Positions 49,367 to 60,028 of a stretch of DNA of 64,000 bases are shown here, one piece after another. The stretch's first letter is position 1; each line of letters begins with the position of its first letter. Under the pieces are notes generated by a model that searched no databases, was not told the origin of the DNA, and saw only the letters and a list, made by a program, of their open reading frames with translations. A program made the position numbers and the translations under genes. Source of the stretch: an uncultured Planctomycetales bacterium (GTDB taxonomy: Bacteria; Planctomycetota; Phycisphaerae; UBA1845; PWPN01); the NCBI GenBank assembly GCA_964617875.1, contig CAZUAI010000006.1, positions 42,877 through 106,876 of the forward strand, read 5' to 3'.

Positions 49367-51229
49367 TCAGTTCTTCGACGTCGTCGGGGAGCTTTTCCGC
49401 AGCACGACCGGGTGCATGTAGAGGCGCTGCAACGGGTCTTCCTCGAAGCAGACCTGTACGTAGCGCAGCCCTTCGACGACGTCGGGCAGCGACAGCCTTA
49501 CCGGCAGGTCCACGCTTCTGGCCGGCGGCAGTGAGATCGGCCCCGCGGGCGTTTCGCTCGTGCCGGCGATCAGCGTCTGGCCGTTCAGCCGTACAATGGG
49601 ATGCAGCGTCAACGGCTCCGCCGACGTGTTGCGCAGCCGCACGAGGAGCTTCCCGCCGGACACCAGCGGCGCGGCGCGTGATCCGACGCCGACGGCGTCG
49701 AACCGCAACTCATCGTCGGCGTCGAACTCGACCGACACCGGGAGCGGCGCGGGCAAGTCGCGGTCCGTGGATGCGGCAATCCGCACGCCGCCGCGGTCGG
49801 GCACATCCGCGCCGATCTCACAGAGCCAGTACGCACCGGCGTCCACGGCCTGCACCAGCCGGCCGCCGGCGATGCGCGGGCTTGAGCCGTGCGCCTTGGC
49901 GAGCCGCAGCGTCACCCGGCAGTCGGCAAACGGCTGGTTGAGCGAATTGCGCACAACGGCGGTGGCGTTGGCGGGGATGCGGCCGCCGTCGCCGGTGATG
50001 GTCACGCCGAGCCCGCCGGCGGCGACGGAGTGTTGGACGGCCCCCTCCGCATGGTCGGCGGGATACACGTACGAGACCTGCTCGCCGTTCACCTCGATGA
50101 CGCGGTAGTGGCTCGTGCCGGAGGCCCGGCCCAGGCGGCACGTGCTCGCCGGGTGCGTGCGAATGTAGTGAACGCCCGGCAGTTCCGCGAGCGCGGCGGC
50201 GTGCTCGCGGCCGTCCCAGTCGCTGTCGCCGCCGCACAGCAGCATGCGGATGCGGTGCGTCCGCACGAACCGGTCGGGCGGTTCCGTGCCCGCGAACAGG
50301 TGCAGCACCTTCGGATCGTCGCCGTTCATCGCGAGGAACGCGAACGTGCTCTCGGGGCGGTCGGCGAGGTCGCGCCGCACGAAATCGAGCTGGCCGGCGT
50401 CCGGCGGGCGGGTTCGGTCGCTCCACAGGAGAACGCCGTGATACGCCCCATAGTCGAACGCTCCGATCGGCGAGACGCCCATCGCAGAAGCCAGGCGTGC
50501 CTCGTCGTCGCGGCCGGCGAAGACCAGGTAGGCCGGCGCGTGGAAACGGGCGAAGTAGTCGAGCACGCGAGCGCTGCGTTTTGTTTCGTCGCCGGCCGGG
50601 TCCGGCGCCAGATAATCGCCCGTGGCAATGATGAACTCCGGCGCGAGCAGGTTGATCTCCTCCGGCAAACGCGGGTCGAAGTCCGGCGCCGTCGGATCGC
50701 TGACGTTCATGCTCGACAGGTGGACGAAGCGGAACCGGGTCTTGAACTCCCGCACGACTTTCACGCACCGCCGGCTCGTGAGCGTGCCGTCGGCGCTCCG
50801 CAGACGCAGGTCGTAGAGGCCCTCGGGCGCGTTCGGCGGGACCTGCAGCACGGTGGAGGCGTTCCGCTGCGGCTGCACGGCCAGTTGTTCGGCCGACGCG
50901 AACGGGATCGACACCTCCGGGGCCTGTGCGTGCACGAGCGAGACGTAGACGTCGCCGCCGAATGCGTCGCCCAGACGGAGGAGGAAGTAGAAGCGGTCGC
51001 CGGGCCGCACGATGATCGGCCGTGCCTGCGAGGGCTCGAGGATGGCCGCTCCGCCGGGCCCGCCGCTCGCGGGCTGCGATGTCAACGTCCGCGCGGCCGT
51101 CACTGCGGCCGGGGCCGGGGCGGTCGTGGGTCTGTGACTGCCGCCCGCACGGCCCATCGGTCCCGCCGACATGTCGCAGCCGACGAAGAGCAGGCAGAGA
51201 GCACAACCGACGTGACGTCGCAGTGTCAT
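49367..51229 (-). CDS. exported metallophosphoesterase lipoprotein
   Basis: Lipobox LLFVGC, calcineurin-like motifs (GDYLAPD, FAGRDDE), C-terminal beta-rich domain. Confidence 0.7.
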   Translation of the reverse strand: MTLRRHVGCALCLLFVGCDMSAGPMGRAGGSHRPTTAPAPAAVTAARTLTSQPASGGPGGAAILEPSQARPIIVRPGDRFYFLLRLGDAFGGDVYVSLVHAQAPEVSIPFASAEQLAVQPQRNASTVLQVPPNAPEGLYDLRLRSADGTLTSRRCVKVVREFKTRFRFVHLSSMNVSDPTAPDFDPRLPEEINLLAPEFIIATGDYLAPDPAGDETKRSARVLDYFARFHAPAYLVFAGRDDEARLASAMGVSPIGAFDYGAYHGVLLWSDRTRPPDAGQLDFVRRDLADRPESTFAFLAMNGDDPKVLHLFAGTEPPDRFVRTHRIRMLLCGGDSDWDGREHAAALAELPGVHYIRTHPASTCRLGRASGTSHYRVIEVNGEQVSYVYPADHAEGAVQHSVAAGGLGVTITGDGGRIPANATAVVRNSLNQPFADCRVTLRLAKAHGSSPRIAGGRLVQAVDAGAYWLCEIGADVPDRGGVRIAASTDRDLPAPLPVSVEFDADDELRFDAVGVGSRAAPLVSGGKLLVRLRNTSAEPLTLHPIVRLNGQTLIAGTSETPAGPISLPPARSVDLPVRLSLPDVVEGLRYVQVCFEEDPLQRLYMHPVVLRKSSPTTSKN

Positions 51230-51443
51230 GAAACGCCTCCGTGCCGATCACGATTCGCCGGGCTTCCGGCGCCAGAGATTAGACGAGGCGGGGCACAAGA
51301 GTGCAAATCCGGCACGGGTCCTTGTCTGCCACGCTGCCGAAGCGGAACCACGTCTGCCTGCCATTCGCAAATGCGGAGGGTGTTGCGCACGGGTGGCGAT
51401 GGGAGAAGGCGGATCGTGGCGATCCGCGCCTTCCGGTCGCGGT

Positions 51444-53078
51444 CTACCGATCCGGCAGGGCGCTACCGGCCGGATCGATGCGCGCGAGACACTCGTCGCC
51501 GCTCCGGAGCAGCACCGCCAGCCGTCCGGGGTAGTTGTCGCGGGCGATTGCCAGCGGCGCTTTGCCGCAGAGGAGGAAGACGGCGGGTCGCGGGTGGTTC
51601 GCAAAGTCCACGACATCGACCGCGTGTTCGATGAACTTCACCCCGAGCGGCCGCGCGAGGTACCACGACAGCGCGTACCGGTCGCCGGGGCCGATCACCA
51701 GCAGGTCGGCGTCAGGAGCCTTCTCCGCCACGACGGCCGCGAACCGCTGCGTCGATGACCGGCGGCATAACGCCGGCCCTTCAAGGAACGCCGCGTCGGC
51801 CGCCAGCACCCCGGCGCCAAGCACCAGTGCGGACCACGCGGCATTCGCCCGCCGCCGCGTCATCAGCCATGCGGCGAGCACGATGAGGACCGCCAGCCCT
51901 GCCGATCGCTCCGCCAGTGTTGCCCACGGCCGGGTGTCAGGCAGTTGCCGGTTGATCAGCGACAGCGTGAGCAGCGAAACGGCCATGACCGCGAGCGTCG
52001 TCCCGAGGATCCACCACACCTCGGCCGTCCGCTCGCGATTCAGGACCCGATCAAGGTACTCCCCGCTGATGAGGGCCAGGGCGGGGAAGGCCGGCAAGAC
52101 ATACACCGGCAACTGCGTGTGCGAGAACACGAACGGGACCACGCCGAAGCCCGCCCACCACAGGCAGAGCTGCGTCCCGGGCGATACGGGCCGATCCGTG
52201 TTTCTCCTCAGGGGAAGCCGGCGAATCAGCGCCGCGGCCAGGACCGCCGTCCACGGCACGAAACCGCCCAGCGCAATCGCCGGTGGGTACAGCACCATCC
52301 CTGTTCGGCCATACAGATCCGTCGAAGCTCGCAGGACGTGATGCCGCCAGAAGAACGCGGTCAGATAGCCGGGATTTCGGGCACCCATGTAGGCAAACCA
52401 CGGCGCCGCCATCGCCACGACCAGCAACAATCCGGCCGGCAGCCCGCTCCGGCGAATGGCCGCCCAGTCCCGCCGGACGGCCAAGAATGCCCCGATTGCC
52501 CCCAGCGGTAGCAGCAGCCCGATCAAGCCCTTCGTCAGCACCGCCGCCGCGAGACACGCGTAGCCGGCGAGCAGGTTCCACCGCGACGCTCGGGCGAAGT
52601 GAACGCGGCACCAGAAGAACACCGCGCCGGTGATGAACGCGGTCAGCCACATGTCCATCCTCACGAAACGGCCGGCCACGACCATGACAACCGATGTCGC
52701 CAGCATGCCGGCGGCGAGCCAGGCCGCGCGCCCGGACAGAAGCGTTCGTCCCAGACCGTACGTCAGGCCGACGACCGACGCCCCGGCGACGGCCGCCAGC
52801 AACCGGCCTGCCGTCTCCGTCTGGCCGAACACGCGAAAGGCGGCCGCCAGCATCCAGAAATACAGGATCGGCTTGTCGAAGTACGGTTCGTTCGTCAGCG
52901 GCCGGCGCGGCACGAGCCAGTCGCCGCTCGTCAGCATCGTCCGCGCGATCCACGCACAGCGCGATTCGTCGGGATCGACGAAAACCATGCCGCCTGCGTT
53001 GAGGGCGTAAAGAGCGCATGCCCCGATCACGAGGAGCATGCACACCATCGCGGACGAGCGCCGTTCAGGCATGGTCAC
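51444..53078 (-). CDS. glycosyltransferase family 39 (ArnT/PMT-like, undecaprenyl-phosphate-sugar dependent)
   Basis: Multi-TM with the FVDPDESRCAWIARTM...YFDKPILYFW motif region. Confidence 0.8.
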   Translation of the reverse strand: MTMPERRSSAMVCMLLVIGACALYALNAGGMVFVDPDESRCAWIARTMLTSGDWLVPRRPLTNEPYFDKPILYFWMLAAAFRVFGQTETAGRLLAAVAGASVVGLTYGLGRTLLSGRAAWLAAGMLATSVVMVVAGRFVRMDMWLTAFITGAVFFWCRVHFARASRWNLLAGYACLAAAVLTKGLIGLLLPLGAIGAFLAVRRDWAAIRRSGLPAGLLLVVAMAAPWFAYMGARNPGYLTAFFWRHHVLRASTDLYGRTGMVLYPPAIALGGFVPWTAVLAAALIRRLPLRRNTDRPVSPGTQLCLWWAGFGVVPFVFSHTQLPVYVLPAFPALALISGEYLDRVLNRERTAEVWWILGTTLAVMAVSLLTLSLINRQLPDTRPWATLAERSAGLAVLIVLAAWLMTRRRANAAWSALVLGAGVLAADAAFLEGPALCRRSSTQRFAAVVAEKAPDADLLVIGPGDRYALSWYLARPLGVKFIEHAVDVVDFANHPRPAVFLLCGKAPLAIARDNYPGRLAVLLRSGDECLARIDPAGSALPDR

Positions 53079-53086
53079 GACCCCGC

Positions 53087-54100
53087 TCAGGGGACCTTCC
53101 GTTGTTCCTTCACGGCCACCAGACCCTGACGCAGGAACGTCGTCACCAGGTCATTGAACACGGCCGGCTGGTCCACCATCACCTCATGGGCCGCGTCGGG
53201 CACGATGACAAGACGCGCATCCGGCAGGCCCTGGCGAAGGCTTCGGGCCTCGCTGTGCAGGTGAATGCAGTCACGCGCGCCCCAGATCAGCAAGGTCGGC
53301 TGTCGCACACGGCCGAGCCGATCCAGGCACGAGTGGAAGAAGATGCTCCGCAGGGCGCGGCTGGAGGCCCGCCCCTCCGGCGCATAGCGAGCCGCGTCGG
53401 CCCGGACCGCCATCTGGTATCGGAACATCGCCTGCGTGACCGGCGTCTGCCGGATGAACATCTTCGAGTAGATGTCGGGCCAGTTCCGCCGCAGGTGGTC
53501 GGTGACGACGGCGTCGTTCCACAGGGCGTACAGGCCGCCGGCCAGCAGGAAGCCCGGCGGCGGCCACGCCCCGCTCGATCCCATGAGGACCAGCTTGTCC
53601 ACGCGCTCCGGCTGCTCCAGTGCGATCAGCAGGGCCAGGTGGCCGCCCAGCGACCCGCCGATCAGGCTCGTCCGGCGAATCCCCTTCGCGTCCATGAACG
53701 ACAACAGCCGGTCCCGCATCCAGAGCAGATCGTACGAGACATCGGGCTTGTCCGACTTGCCGAAGCCCGGCGGATCGACCGCGATGACGTGGTACTGTTC
53801 CGCCAGCACGGGGACGTTCAACTGCCAGAAATCGATCGACGTTGCCAGGCCGGGGAGGATCAGGACCGTCTCCCCCTGCCCGCGCTCCTGGTAGCACAGC
53901 CGCAGGCCGTCAACGTCGATGTACTTTTCGCCCAGCGCGTATTTGTGGCCGGCCAGAAGGGCGTCGTCGCGATAGGGCGCGACCTGCAGCTCCGTGCAGC
54001 CGCTCAGTACCGCGACGGCCGTCCCGGCTCCGAAGACAGCCAGGCGCCATCGGCGGCGTGAGCCATTGAATCTCCGCAGTCCATGCTCGAGGCTTGTCAC
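53087..54100 (-). CDS. alpha/beta-hydrolase fold lipoprotein
   Basis: Lipobox VLSGC, GGSLGG nucleophile motif, HEVMVDQP. Confidence 0.8.
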   Translation of the reverse strand: MTSLEHGLRRFNGSRRRWRLAVFGAGTAVAVLSGCTELQVAPYRDDALLAGHKYALGEKYIDVDGLRLCYQERGQGETVLILPGLATSIDFWQLNVPVLAEQYHVIAVDPPGFGKSDKPDVSYDLLWMRDRLLSFMDAKGIRRTSLIGGSLGGHLALLIALEQPERVDKLVLMGSSGAWPPPGFLLAGGLYALWNDAVVTDHLRRNWPDIYSKMFIRQTPVTQAMFRYQMAVRADAARYAPEGRASSRALRSIFFHSCLDRLGRVRQPTLLIWGARDCIHLHSEARSLRQGLPDARLVIVPDAAHEVMVDQPAVFNDLVTTFLRQGLVAVKEQRKVP

Positions 54101-54524
54101 TTTCTCGCTCTTCGACTTTCCTGCCTGCGGCAGGCACGCTCAATTTCCCACGTTCTTAACGTTGTTGATCGCGCCCCGGCCCCCGGTCGCGGGCATAGTA
54201 GCAAATCTCACGACCGCGGCAATCGCACGCTTGAGGCAGGCGGCCGTTTTCGATCGTGTTGACAGCGGCCGAAACCGTCATTCCGGGTCAAAGGATCGAA
54301 GGCATCATCGCGCAGGAAATGTTCGCCGGGAGTTTGGGCGACCTGAACGCGGGGGAGTGCGGGGCGGGCCTGGTGCACGGTCCGAGGAGCCCCCGGAGGG
54401 GCCCGGCCGAGTCGGCCCGGCCTGAGACATTTGCCAACCCGGGCGGGTGGGGCGACAATACCACCGCGGTAGTTCATGGCGTGGTTCCGATCCTCGTTTC
54501 CCCGAAAGGTGCGCAGGGAGTCGC

Positions 54525-55313
54525 GACATGTCGATCGAGCTGCTGGCGATCATGCCGAATCTCTTCGCCTGGTACAACGTCGTCTTCATCGCGTGCTTCG
54601 GCATCGGTCTGTTCTTCACGCTCATCCAGTTGATCGGCCTCGGCCACAGCGATGTGGGGGCCGACCACGACATGGACCACGACATCGGTCACGATCCGGA
54701 TCACGACGTCGACCACGGCGTCGATGTTCATCCGCACGTGGAGGCGTCCGGCGATCCGGACGCTCACGCGGACATCCACGGCGACGCCCATGCCGATGCC
54801 CACACGGACGCCCCGGAGCACGCGGCGGACGGAGCCGGCGAGGCGATCGGCGCTGCCCAGGCCGTCTCGCAGTTCGTCGGCGTCGGGCGGGTGCCCATGT
54901 CGGCGATCTTCATGACGCTGTTCTACACGGTCGGGATCACGGGCTGGATCTCCAATGCGATGCTTCGCTCGCAGTACCGGTCCGACCGGGCGCTCTTCTT
55001 CACGAGCCTCGCTTTGGCGCTGATCGCCGGGATCCTCGTGATGCGGATCGCCAGCGGCCTGCTGGGCCGGTATCTGCCGGCCGTGTTGACCAGCGCGTTG
55101 AATCGTCGTCAGATGGTGGGGCTTCTGGGCGAGGCCGCGCTGCCGATCAGCGAGCGTTTCGGGCGTGCGTCCGTCAAGGACAAGTACGGGACGCTGCATC
55201 AGGTGAACTGCAAGGTGCCCGCGGGGGTGGAGCCGATCCCCAAGGGCACCCGGGTCGTGTTAACCAAGTACCTGCCGGGCGAGGATATGTACTTCGTCGG
55301 GCGGGCCGGCTGA
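54525..55313 (+). CDS. NfeD-like membrane protein with Asp/His-rich insert and C-terminal OB domain
   Basis: AGGGAG lies 8 nt upstream of the start. TM1, then HSDVGADHDMDHDIGHDPDHDVDHGVDVHPHVEASGDPDAHADIHGDAHADAHTD, two more TMs, and an NfeD OB-fold (GTLHQVNCKVP...GTRVVLTKY). Confidence 0.7.
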   Translation, partial: DMSIELLAIMPNLFAWYNVVFIACFGIGLFFTLIQLIGLGHSDVGADHDMDHDIGHDPDHDVDHGVDVHPHVEASGDPDAHADIHGDAHADAHTDAPEHAADGAGEAIGAAQAVSQFVGVGRVPMSAIFMTLFYTVGITGWISNAMLRSQYRSDRALFFTSLALALIAGILVMRIASGLLGRYLPAVLTSALNRRQMVGLLGEAALPISERFGRASVKDKYGTLHQVNCKVPAGVEPIPKGTRVVLTKYLPGEDMYFVGRAG

Positions 55314-55331
55314 GAAAGGGAGGTTGCCGTC

Positions 55332-57284
55332 ATGGGAACCGCGTTGCTGTTCATCGTGATCGGGTTGGGTCTGGTGGCCGGGGGCGTGATGGGCACGGGG
55401 CAGCTCAGCCCGGGCGTGTGTGCTGCGATGACGGCCGTCGGCGGCGCGATCGTCGTGTTCACGTCGCTCGGGATGGCCTATTCGCGGCTCTATCGCAAGC
55501 CGACGGCCAACCAGGCCTTCGTGCGGACCGGCTCCGGCCGGGCCCGGGTGATCCTCGACGGCGGCATGTTCGTGATCCCGATCATGCACCGTGTCGTCGA
55601 GGTGAGCCTGGAGACGATGCGGCTCGACGTGAAGCGGGCCGGGCCCGACGCCCTGATCACGAAGGACAACCTGCGCGTGGACATTGCGAGCGAGTTCTAC
55701 ATCCGGGTCGCGCCGACGGAGGACGACATCCTCGCGGCGGCCCGCTCGCTCGGCGAGAAGAGCGTCAGCGCGCAGGCCGTCAGCGAGCTGGTCTACGAGA
55801 AGCTCGTCAGCGCGCTGCGGTCGGTCGCGGCGACGAAGGAACTGCTGGAGCTGCACGTCAAGCGGGACGAGTTCGCCGGGTCGGTGCAGGAGAACCTGGC
55901 CAACGACCTCCGGCAGAACGGCCTGACGCTCGAGACGGTCACGATCAGCCAGCTCGACCAGACGCCGCCGGAGAACCTGAACGCGAACAACGTGTTTGAT
56001 GCGCAGGGACTCCGCAAGATCACGGAGGTCACGCAGACGCAGAACATCGAGCGGAACCGGATCGAGCGCGACGCCCAGCGGGCGATCAAGGAGAAGGACG
56101 TCAACACGCGCAAGGAGATCCTGTCGCTGGAGCGCGATCAGGCGGAGGCCGAGGCCGCCCAGGCGACCGAGGTCGCGAACGTTCGCGCGGCGAAGCAGCG
56201 GGAGCAGGAGCAGTACGCGATTGAGCAGCGCAAACAGGTCGAGCTGGCCGCCGTCGCCAAGGACGAAATGGTCAAGAAGGCCGAGATCGCCAAGAACCAG
56301 CAGATCCAGGCGGCCGACGTGGCCCGCGAGCGCGTCGTGAAGACCGCATCCGTCGAACGCGACAAGGCCGTGCAGGAGGCCGAGATCGCCAAGGAGAAGG
56401 CCATCGAGGTCGCCCGCCGCCAGGTCGAGATCGCCGTGGCCGAGCAGGAGGCGGTGCGCGCCGCCGCCGAGGCCAAGGCCAAGGCCGCCGATGCCGAGCG
56501 CGAGGCCCAGGCGCAGAAGGTCCAGACGGTCGCCGTCACCGCCGAGGCCGATCGCGAGGCCCAGAGAAAGATGATCGAGCAGCGGCAGGCGGTGGACATC
56601 GACAAGTACCGCCAGCAGACCGAGGCGGACGTCCGGGCGTACGAGCAGGTGAAGAAGGCCGAGGGCGAGGTCCAGGCCGCGGAGAAGCAGAAGCAGGCCC
56701 GGCTCGTCCTCGCCGAGGCCGACGCCAAGGCCTCGCAATTGCGCGCCGGCGGCGACCAGGCGGTCAAGATGGTGGACGTCAACGTCGATCGCGAGCGCGT
56801 GGCCGTCGAGCAGGCGCGGGTGAACGTCGAACGGCAGGAGCTGGAGAACAGGCAGACGTTCAGCGAGGCCGCCCTCAAGTTCGAGGTGCAGAAGCTCGAG
56901 ATCCAGGCGAGCGCGGAGGTGCAGAAGGCGTTCGCCCAGGCGATCGGCGAGATGCTCAGCAAGGCCCAGATGCAGATCTTCGGCGACCCGTCCACGTTGA
57001 CGGCGATGACCAGCCGGTTCATGACGGCGGTGGGCTACGGCCAGATGTTCAACGGCCTGCGGGCGTCGCTGCCGGCCGAGGCGAAGGACGTGATCGCGCA
57101 GCACCTCGGCGGCCTGGCGCCGTCGCTGGCCGGCGCGCTTCGCAAGGCGACGGGCCACGACATCGACGCGGCCACGCTCGCCGAGGCCATCCAGTCGGTC
57201 GTGGAGACGCAGGCCGCCAGGCCGACCGCCGGCGACGGGCACGAAAAGGCGCAGACCCCGGCGGCTCCGGGCAAGAAGGCGTAG
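55332..57284 (+). CDS. flotillin (SPFH/band-7 family)
   Basis: N-terminal TM, SPFH domain, long EA-rich coiled coil, C-terminal flotillin tail. Confidence 0.85.
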   Translation: MGTALLFIVIGLGLVAGGVMGTGQLSPGVCAAMTAVGGAIVVFTSLGMAYSRLYRKPTANQAFVRTGSGRARVILDGGMFVIPIMHRVVEVSLETMRLDVKRAGPDALITKDNLRVDIASEFYIRVAPTEDDILAAARSLGEKSVSAQAVSELVYEKLVSALRSVAATKELLELHVKRDEFAGSVQENLANDLRQNGLTLETVTISQLDQTPPENLNANNVFDAQGLRKITEVTQTQNIERNRIERDAQRAIKEKDVNTRKEILSLERDQAEAEAAQATEVANVRAAKQREQEQYAIEQRKQVELAAVAKDEMVKKAEIAKNQQIQAADVARERVVKTASVERDKAVQEAEIAKEKAIEVARRQVEIAVAEQEAVRAAAEAKAKAADAEREAQAQKVQTVAVTAEADREAQRKMIEQRQAVDIDKYRQQTEADVRAYEQVKKAEGEVQAAEKQKQARLVLAEADAKASQLRAGGDQAVKMVDVNVDRERVAVEQARVNVERQELENRQTFSEAALKFEVQKLEIQASAEVQKAFAQAIGEMLSKAQMQIFGDPSTLTAMTSRFMTAVGYGQMFNGLRASLPAEAKDVIAQHLGGLAPSLAGALRKATGHDIDAATLAEAIQSVVETQAARPTAGDGHEKAQTPAAPGKKA

Positions 57285-57344
57285 GGCGGCCCCGGCGGCG
57301 GCCCACGGCAGTGCGGGCTCCTGCCTGCCGTGCGTTCAGCGATA

Positions 57345-58238
57345 TCACCAGCCCAGACGGGCCATCAGGCTTCGGAGCGGGTCGCTGCCGCCGTAGAAGA
57401 ACGGGTGGATCCAGGGAATCACGATGATGTAGCTGATGTTGAACCAGGCGACGACGTCGTACGGGACCGAACCGCGGGGGAAGCGCCAGGGGGCGAGGTG
57501 CTTCCACGGCGGGGGCAGCGGGCCGCGGTTGGCCGGGGCGCCGCCGGCGGCTTTCGCGGCGAGTTCGGCCCGCGTGTAGAGGATCCGCCGGAGGACGGTG
57601 AAGGCCGGGAGCGTCGCCTGCTGCCAGAGAAGGCCGGGGATATGGCAGAACGTCATGCCGATGAGCAGCCCGACGCAGCGTTCGCCGCGAAGCCACCAGC
57701 CGACGGAACAGTCGTCGATGAGTTCCTCGGCACGGGCCTTCACGTAGCTGATGAGGAACGTGTTGCACAAGGCCGCGACGGAGAGGGCGACATAGGTGGC
57801 GTTGCCGGCCAGGGCGAAGTGGGCGGCGCAGGCGAAGTAGATCGCGCAGTCGCTGAACCGGTCGAGCGTCGAGTCGAGGACGCCGCCGAACGGCGTGGCC
57901 ATACGGCCGATGCGGGCGACCGCGCCATCGAGCATGTCAAACGCGCAGGCCGCGAAAAGAAAAACGAACGCGGCCACGGGCCACCCGCTCGAAGGTGTCG
58001 GCGCGCCGGGGTGCGCCTCCCACGGCGCACGGTGGCCGGCGCCGAAGAACAGACAGATCGCCGAACCCACGGTGACGAGGAAACCGGCGACCGTCAGCCG
58101 GTTCGGCGTGGCGCCGCACCGGACGCACGCCCGGGCCACCTGGTCGCGGGCGGCGGCCACCGTGGCCCCGATGGCCCACGTGCTCCCCCGCGCGTCGCCG
58201 CGCTGATGAAGGGCCGCGAAGTCCTTGCTTTCACCCAC
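57345..58238 (-). CDS. CDP-alcohol phosphatidyltransferase family protein
   Basis: DMLDGAVARIGRMATPFGGVLDSTLDRFSD matches D-G-x2-AR-x8-G-x3-D-x3-D. Confidence 0.8.
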   Translation of the reverse strand: MGESKDFAALHQRGDARGSTWAIGATVAAARDQVARACVRCGATPNRLTVAGFLVTVGSAICLFFGAGHRAPWEAHPGAPTPSSGWPVAAFVFLFAACAFDMLDGAVARIGRMATPFGGVLDSTLDRFSDCAIYFACAAHFALAGNATYVALSVAALCNTFLISYVKARAEELIDDCSVGWWLRGERCVGLLIGMTFCHIPGLLWQQATLPAFTVLRRILYTRAELAAKAAGGAPANRGPLPPPWKHLAPWRFPRGSVPYDVVAWFNISYIIVIPWIHPFFYGGSDPLRSLMARLGW

Positions 58239-58401
58239 GGCAAACGTACTCCATTGCGGCGTATTCTACCGATTTTGTGCCGCCCGCAAAACCTCATCGA
58301 GGGCCGTCGGGCCCCCGCCCACCGCGCGCGGGCGGCCCATGCGCGTGCGGCCGCTCACGGTTGTGACACCGGATCGTCCATCGGGTACCATCAGGGCCAC
58401 T

Positions 58402-59946
58402 ATGCGATGCTTGGCCCGCGGCGCGTGGCGATACCTGGGCATGGCACTGCCGGTTGTGATGGCCGGCTGCGCCACGGTCGATCCGAAGCCGGATTTCACG
58501 CGCGCGGCCGACCTCGTTGCCGAGCGCACCGGCGCGGGCGAGGTGTACGATCCCGACCCCCGGGCGGAGGACCTCATTGCCGAACGGACGCAGCAGCTTC
58601 TTCAGGACGGCCTGTCCGTCGATGAGGCTGTGCAGGTCGCGCTCCTGAATCACAGGGGCTTTCAGGCCATGTTCCAGGAGATCGGCGCCTCCCGGGCGGA
58701 CGTCGTCCAGTCGCAACTCATCTCGAACCCTGCCGTATCGCTTCTGTTCAAGTTTCCGGAAGGCGGGGGCCGGTCGAGGATCGAGTTCGGTCTCGCCCAG
58801 GAACTGGTCGATCTGTGGCAGATCCCCGTGCGACGGAAGATCGCCGAGGCCCACCTGCAACGGACGATCGCCGCCGTCGTGCAACGCGGGGTGGAAATCG
58901 CCGGCGAGGCGAAAACGCAGTATTACCGGGTGCTGGGCCTGGAGGCCGGCGAGAAGGCCGCCGGCGAGAGCCTTGCGATCGCCGAAAAGTCGGCCGCTTT
59001 TGTGGAGACGCAGCACAAGGCCGGAGCGGCCAGCCAGCTTGACGCCGATCTCGCCAGGGCGGGCGTGATGGACGTGCGGCTCGACCTCATGGCGATCGAG
59101 AAGGACCGCCGGTCGGCGCAGGTTGACCTGGCCCGGGTGCTTGGCCTCATCGACGCCGATCGTGGCTGGCGCCTGCGGGACAACCTGCCCGCACCCGTGC
59201 AACTCCCTTCTCTCGAACGTCTGATCGCGACCGCGCGCCTGGAGAGGATGGACCTTCGAATCGCCTCGTTCGAGCTGGAACAGGCCGAGAACGAGCTGAT
59301 CCAGACGCACCTCCAGGTGTTCCCGAGCGTCTCTCTCGGCCTGACCATGGAGCGGCCCGAAGGCCGCGCCAGTCCGGGCCGCAAGATCCTGGCCGACACC
59401 GCCCGCGAGTCGGTCGCCGCGGGCGGCCTGACGGCGCCGGGCATCCAGAGCCGGGCCGAGCGAGCCCAGGCGCGGCGGGAAATCATCGACCTCGTGATGG
59501 GGCCTTCGCTGGACGTCACGATTCCGATCTGGGACCAGAATCAGGCCCAGATGGCCAGGGCGCGCTTCCAGGTGGCCAGGGCGCGGAAACAGCTCGAGGA
59601 GGTGTCTCAGGCCGCCCGGCACGACGTCGAGCACGCCTGGACGGCCGCCGAGCAGGCCGCGACGCTTATCCAGTTTTTCGAGCAGGAAGCTTTGCCGCTC
59701 GCCGAGCGGACCGCCCGCGGGGCAAGAGTGTTGTACGAGAAAGGCGATCAGAGCCTCCTCGTGCTTCTTCAGGCACAGGCGTCGCTCATCGAGCGGCGAC
59801 GCGCCTACATCAACGGCCTCAGCGAGTATGCGGCCGCGCTTGCCGCCCTGGAAAAGGCCGTCGGTGTCCGTCTGGCCTCGATCCCCGGGAGCCTGCCGAT
59901 AAGGACCGACAAGGCGGCCCCGGCTTCGTCCCAACCCGCGCCCTGA
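58402..59946 (+). CDS. outer membrane efflux protein, paralogue of the gene at 3775-5355
   Basis: Lipobox VVMAGC. Long identical stretches with OMF1 (QEIGASRAD, FPEGGGR, QELVDLWQIPVRRKIAEA). The ORF is open from 58225. Confidence 0.8.
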   Translation: MRCLARGAWRYLGMALPVVMAGCATVDPKPDFTRAADLVAERTGAGEVYDPDPRAEDLIAERTQQLLQDGLSVDEAVQVALLNHRGFQAMFQEIGASRADVVQSQLISNPAVSLLFKFPEGGGRSRIEFGLAQELVDLWQIPVRRKIAEAHLQRTIAAVVQRGVEIAGEAKTQYYRVLGLEAGEKAAGESLAIAEKSAAFVETQHKAGAASQLDADLARAGVMDVRLDLMAIEKDRRSAQVDLARVLGLIDADRGWRLRDNLPAPVQLPSLERLIATARLERMDLRIASFELEQAENELIQTHLQVFPSVSLGLTMERPEGRASPGRKILADTARESVAAGGLTAPGIQSRAERAQARREIIDLVMGPSLDVTIPIWDQNQAQMARARFQVARARKQLEEVSQAARHDVEHAWTAAEQAATLIQFFEQEALPLAERTARGARVLYEKGDQSLLVLLQAQASLIERRRAYINGLSEYAAALAALEKAVGVRLASIPGSLPIRTDKAAPASSQPAP

Positions 59947-60028
59947 AGCCGCGGATCGTGCCGGTCAACTGCTGCGGCCGCGCAGCCCTGCGGCCGGGAC
60001 CGGCGGAACCGGGCATGACCGCATGCCG

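Noticed and set aside
54476-55999. 507-aa plus-strand ORF overlapping the NfeD-like and flotillin genes
   Set aside because: Frame-shifted Arg/Gly-rich translation. The NfeD and flotillin frames carry the real domains.
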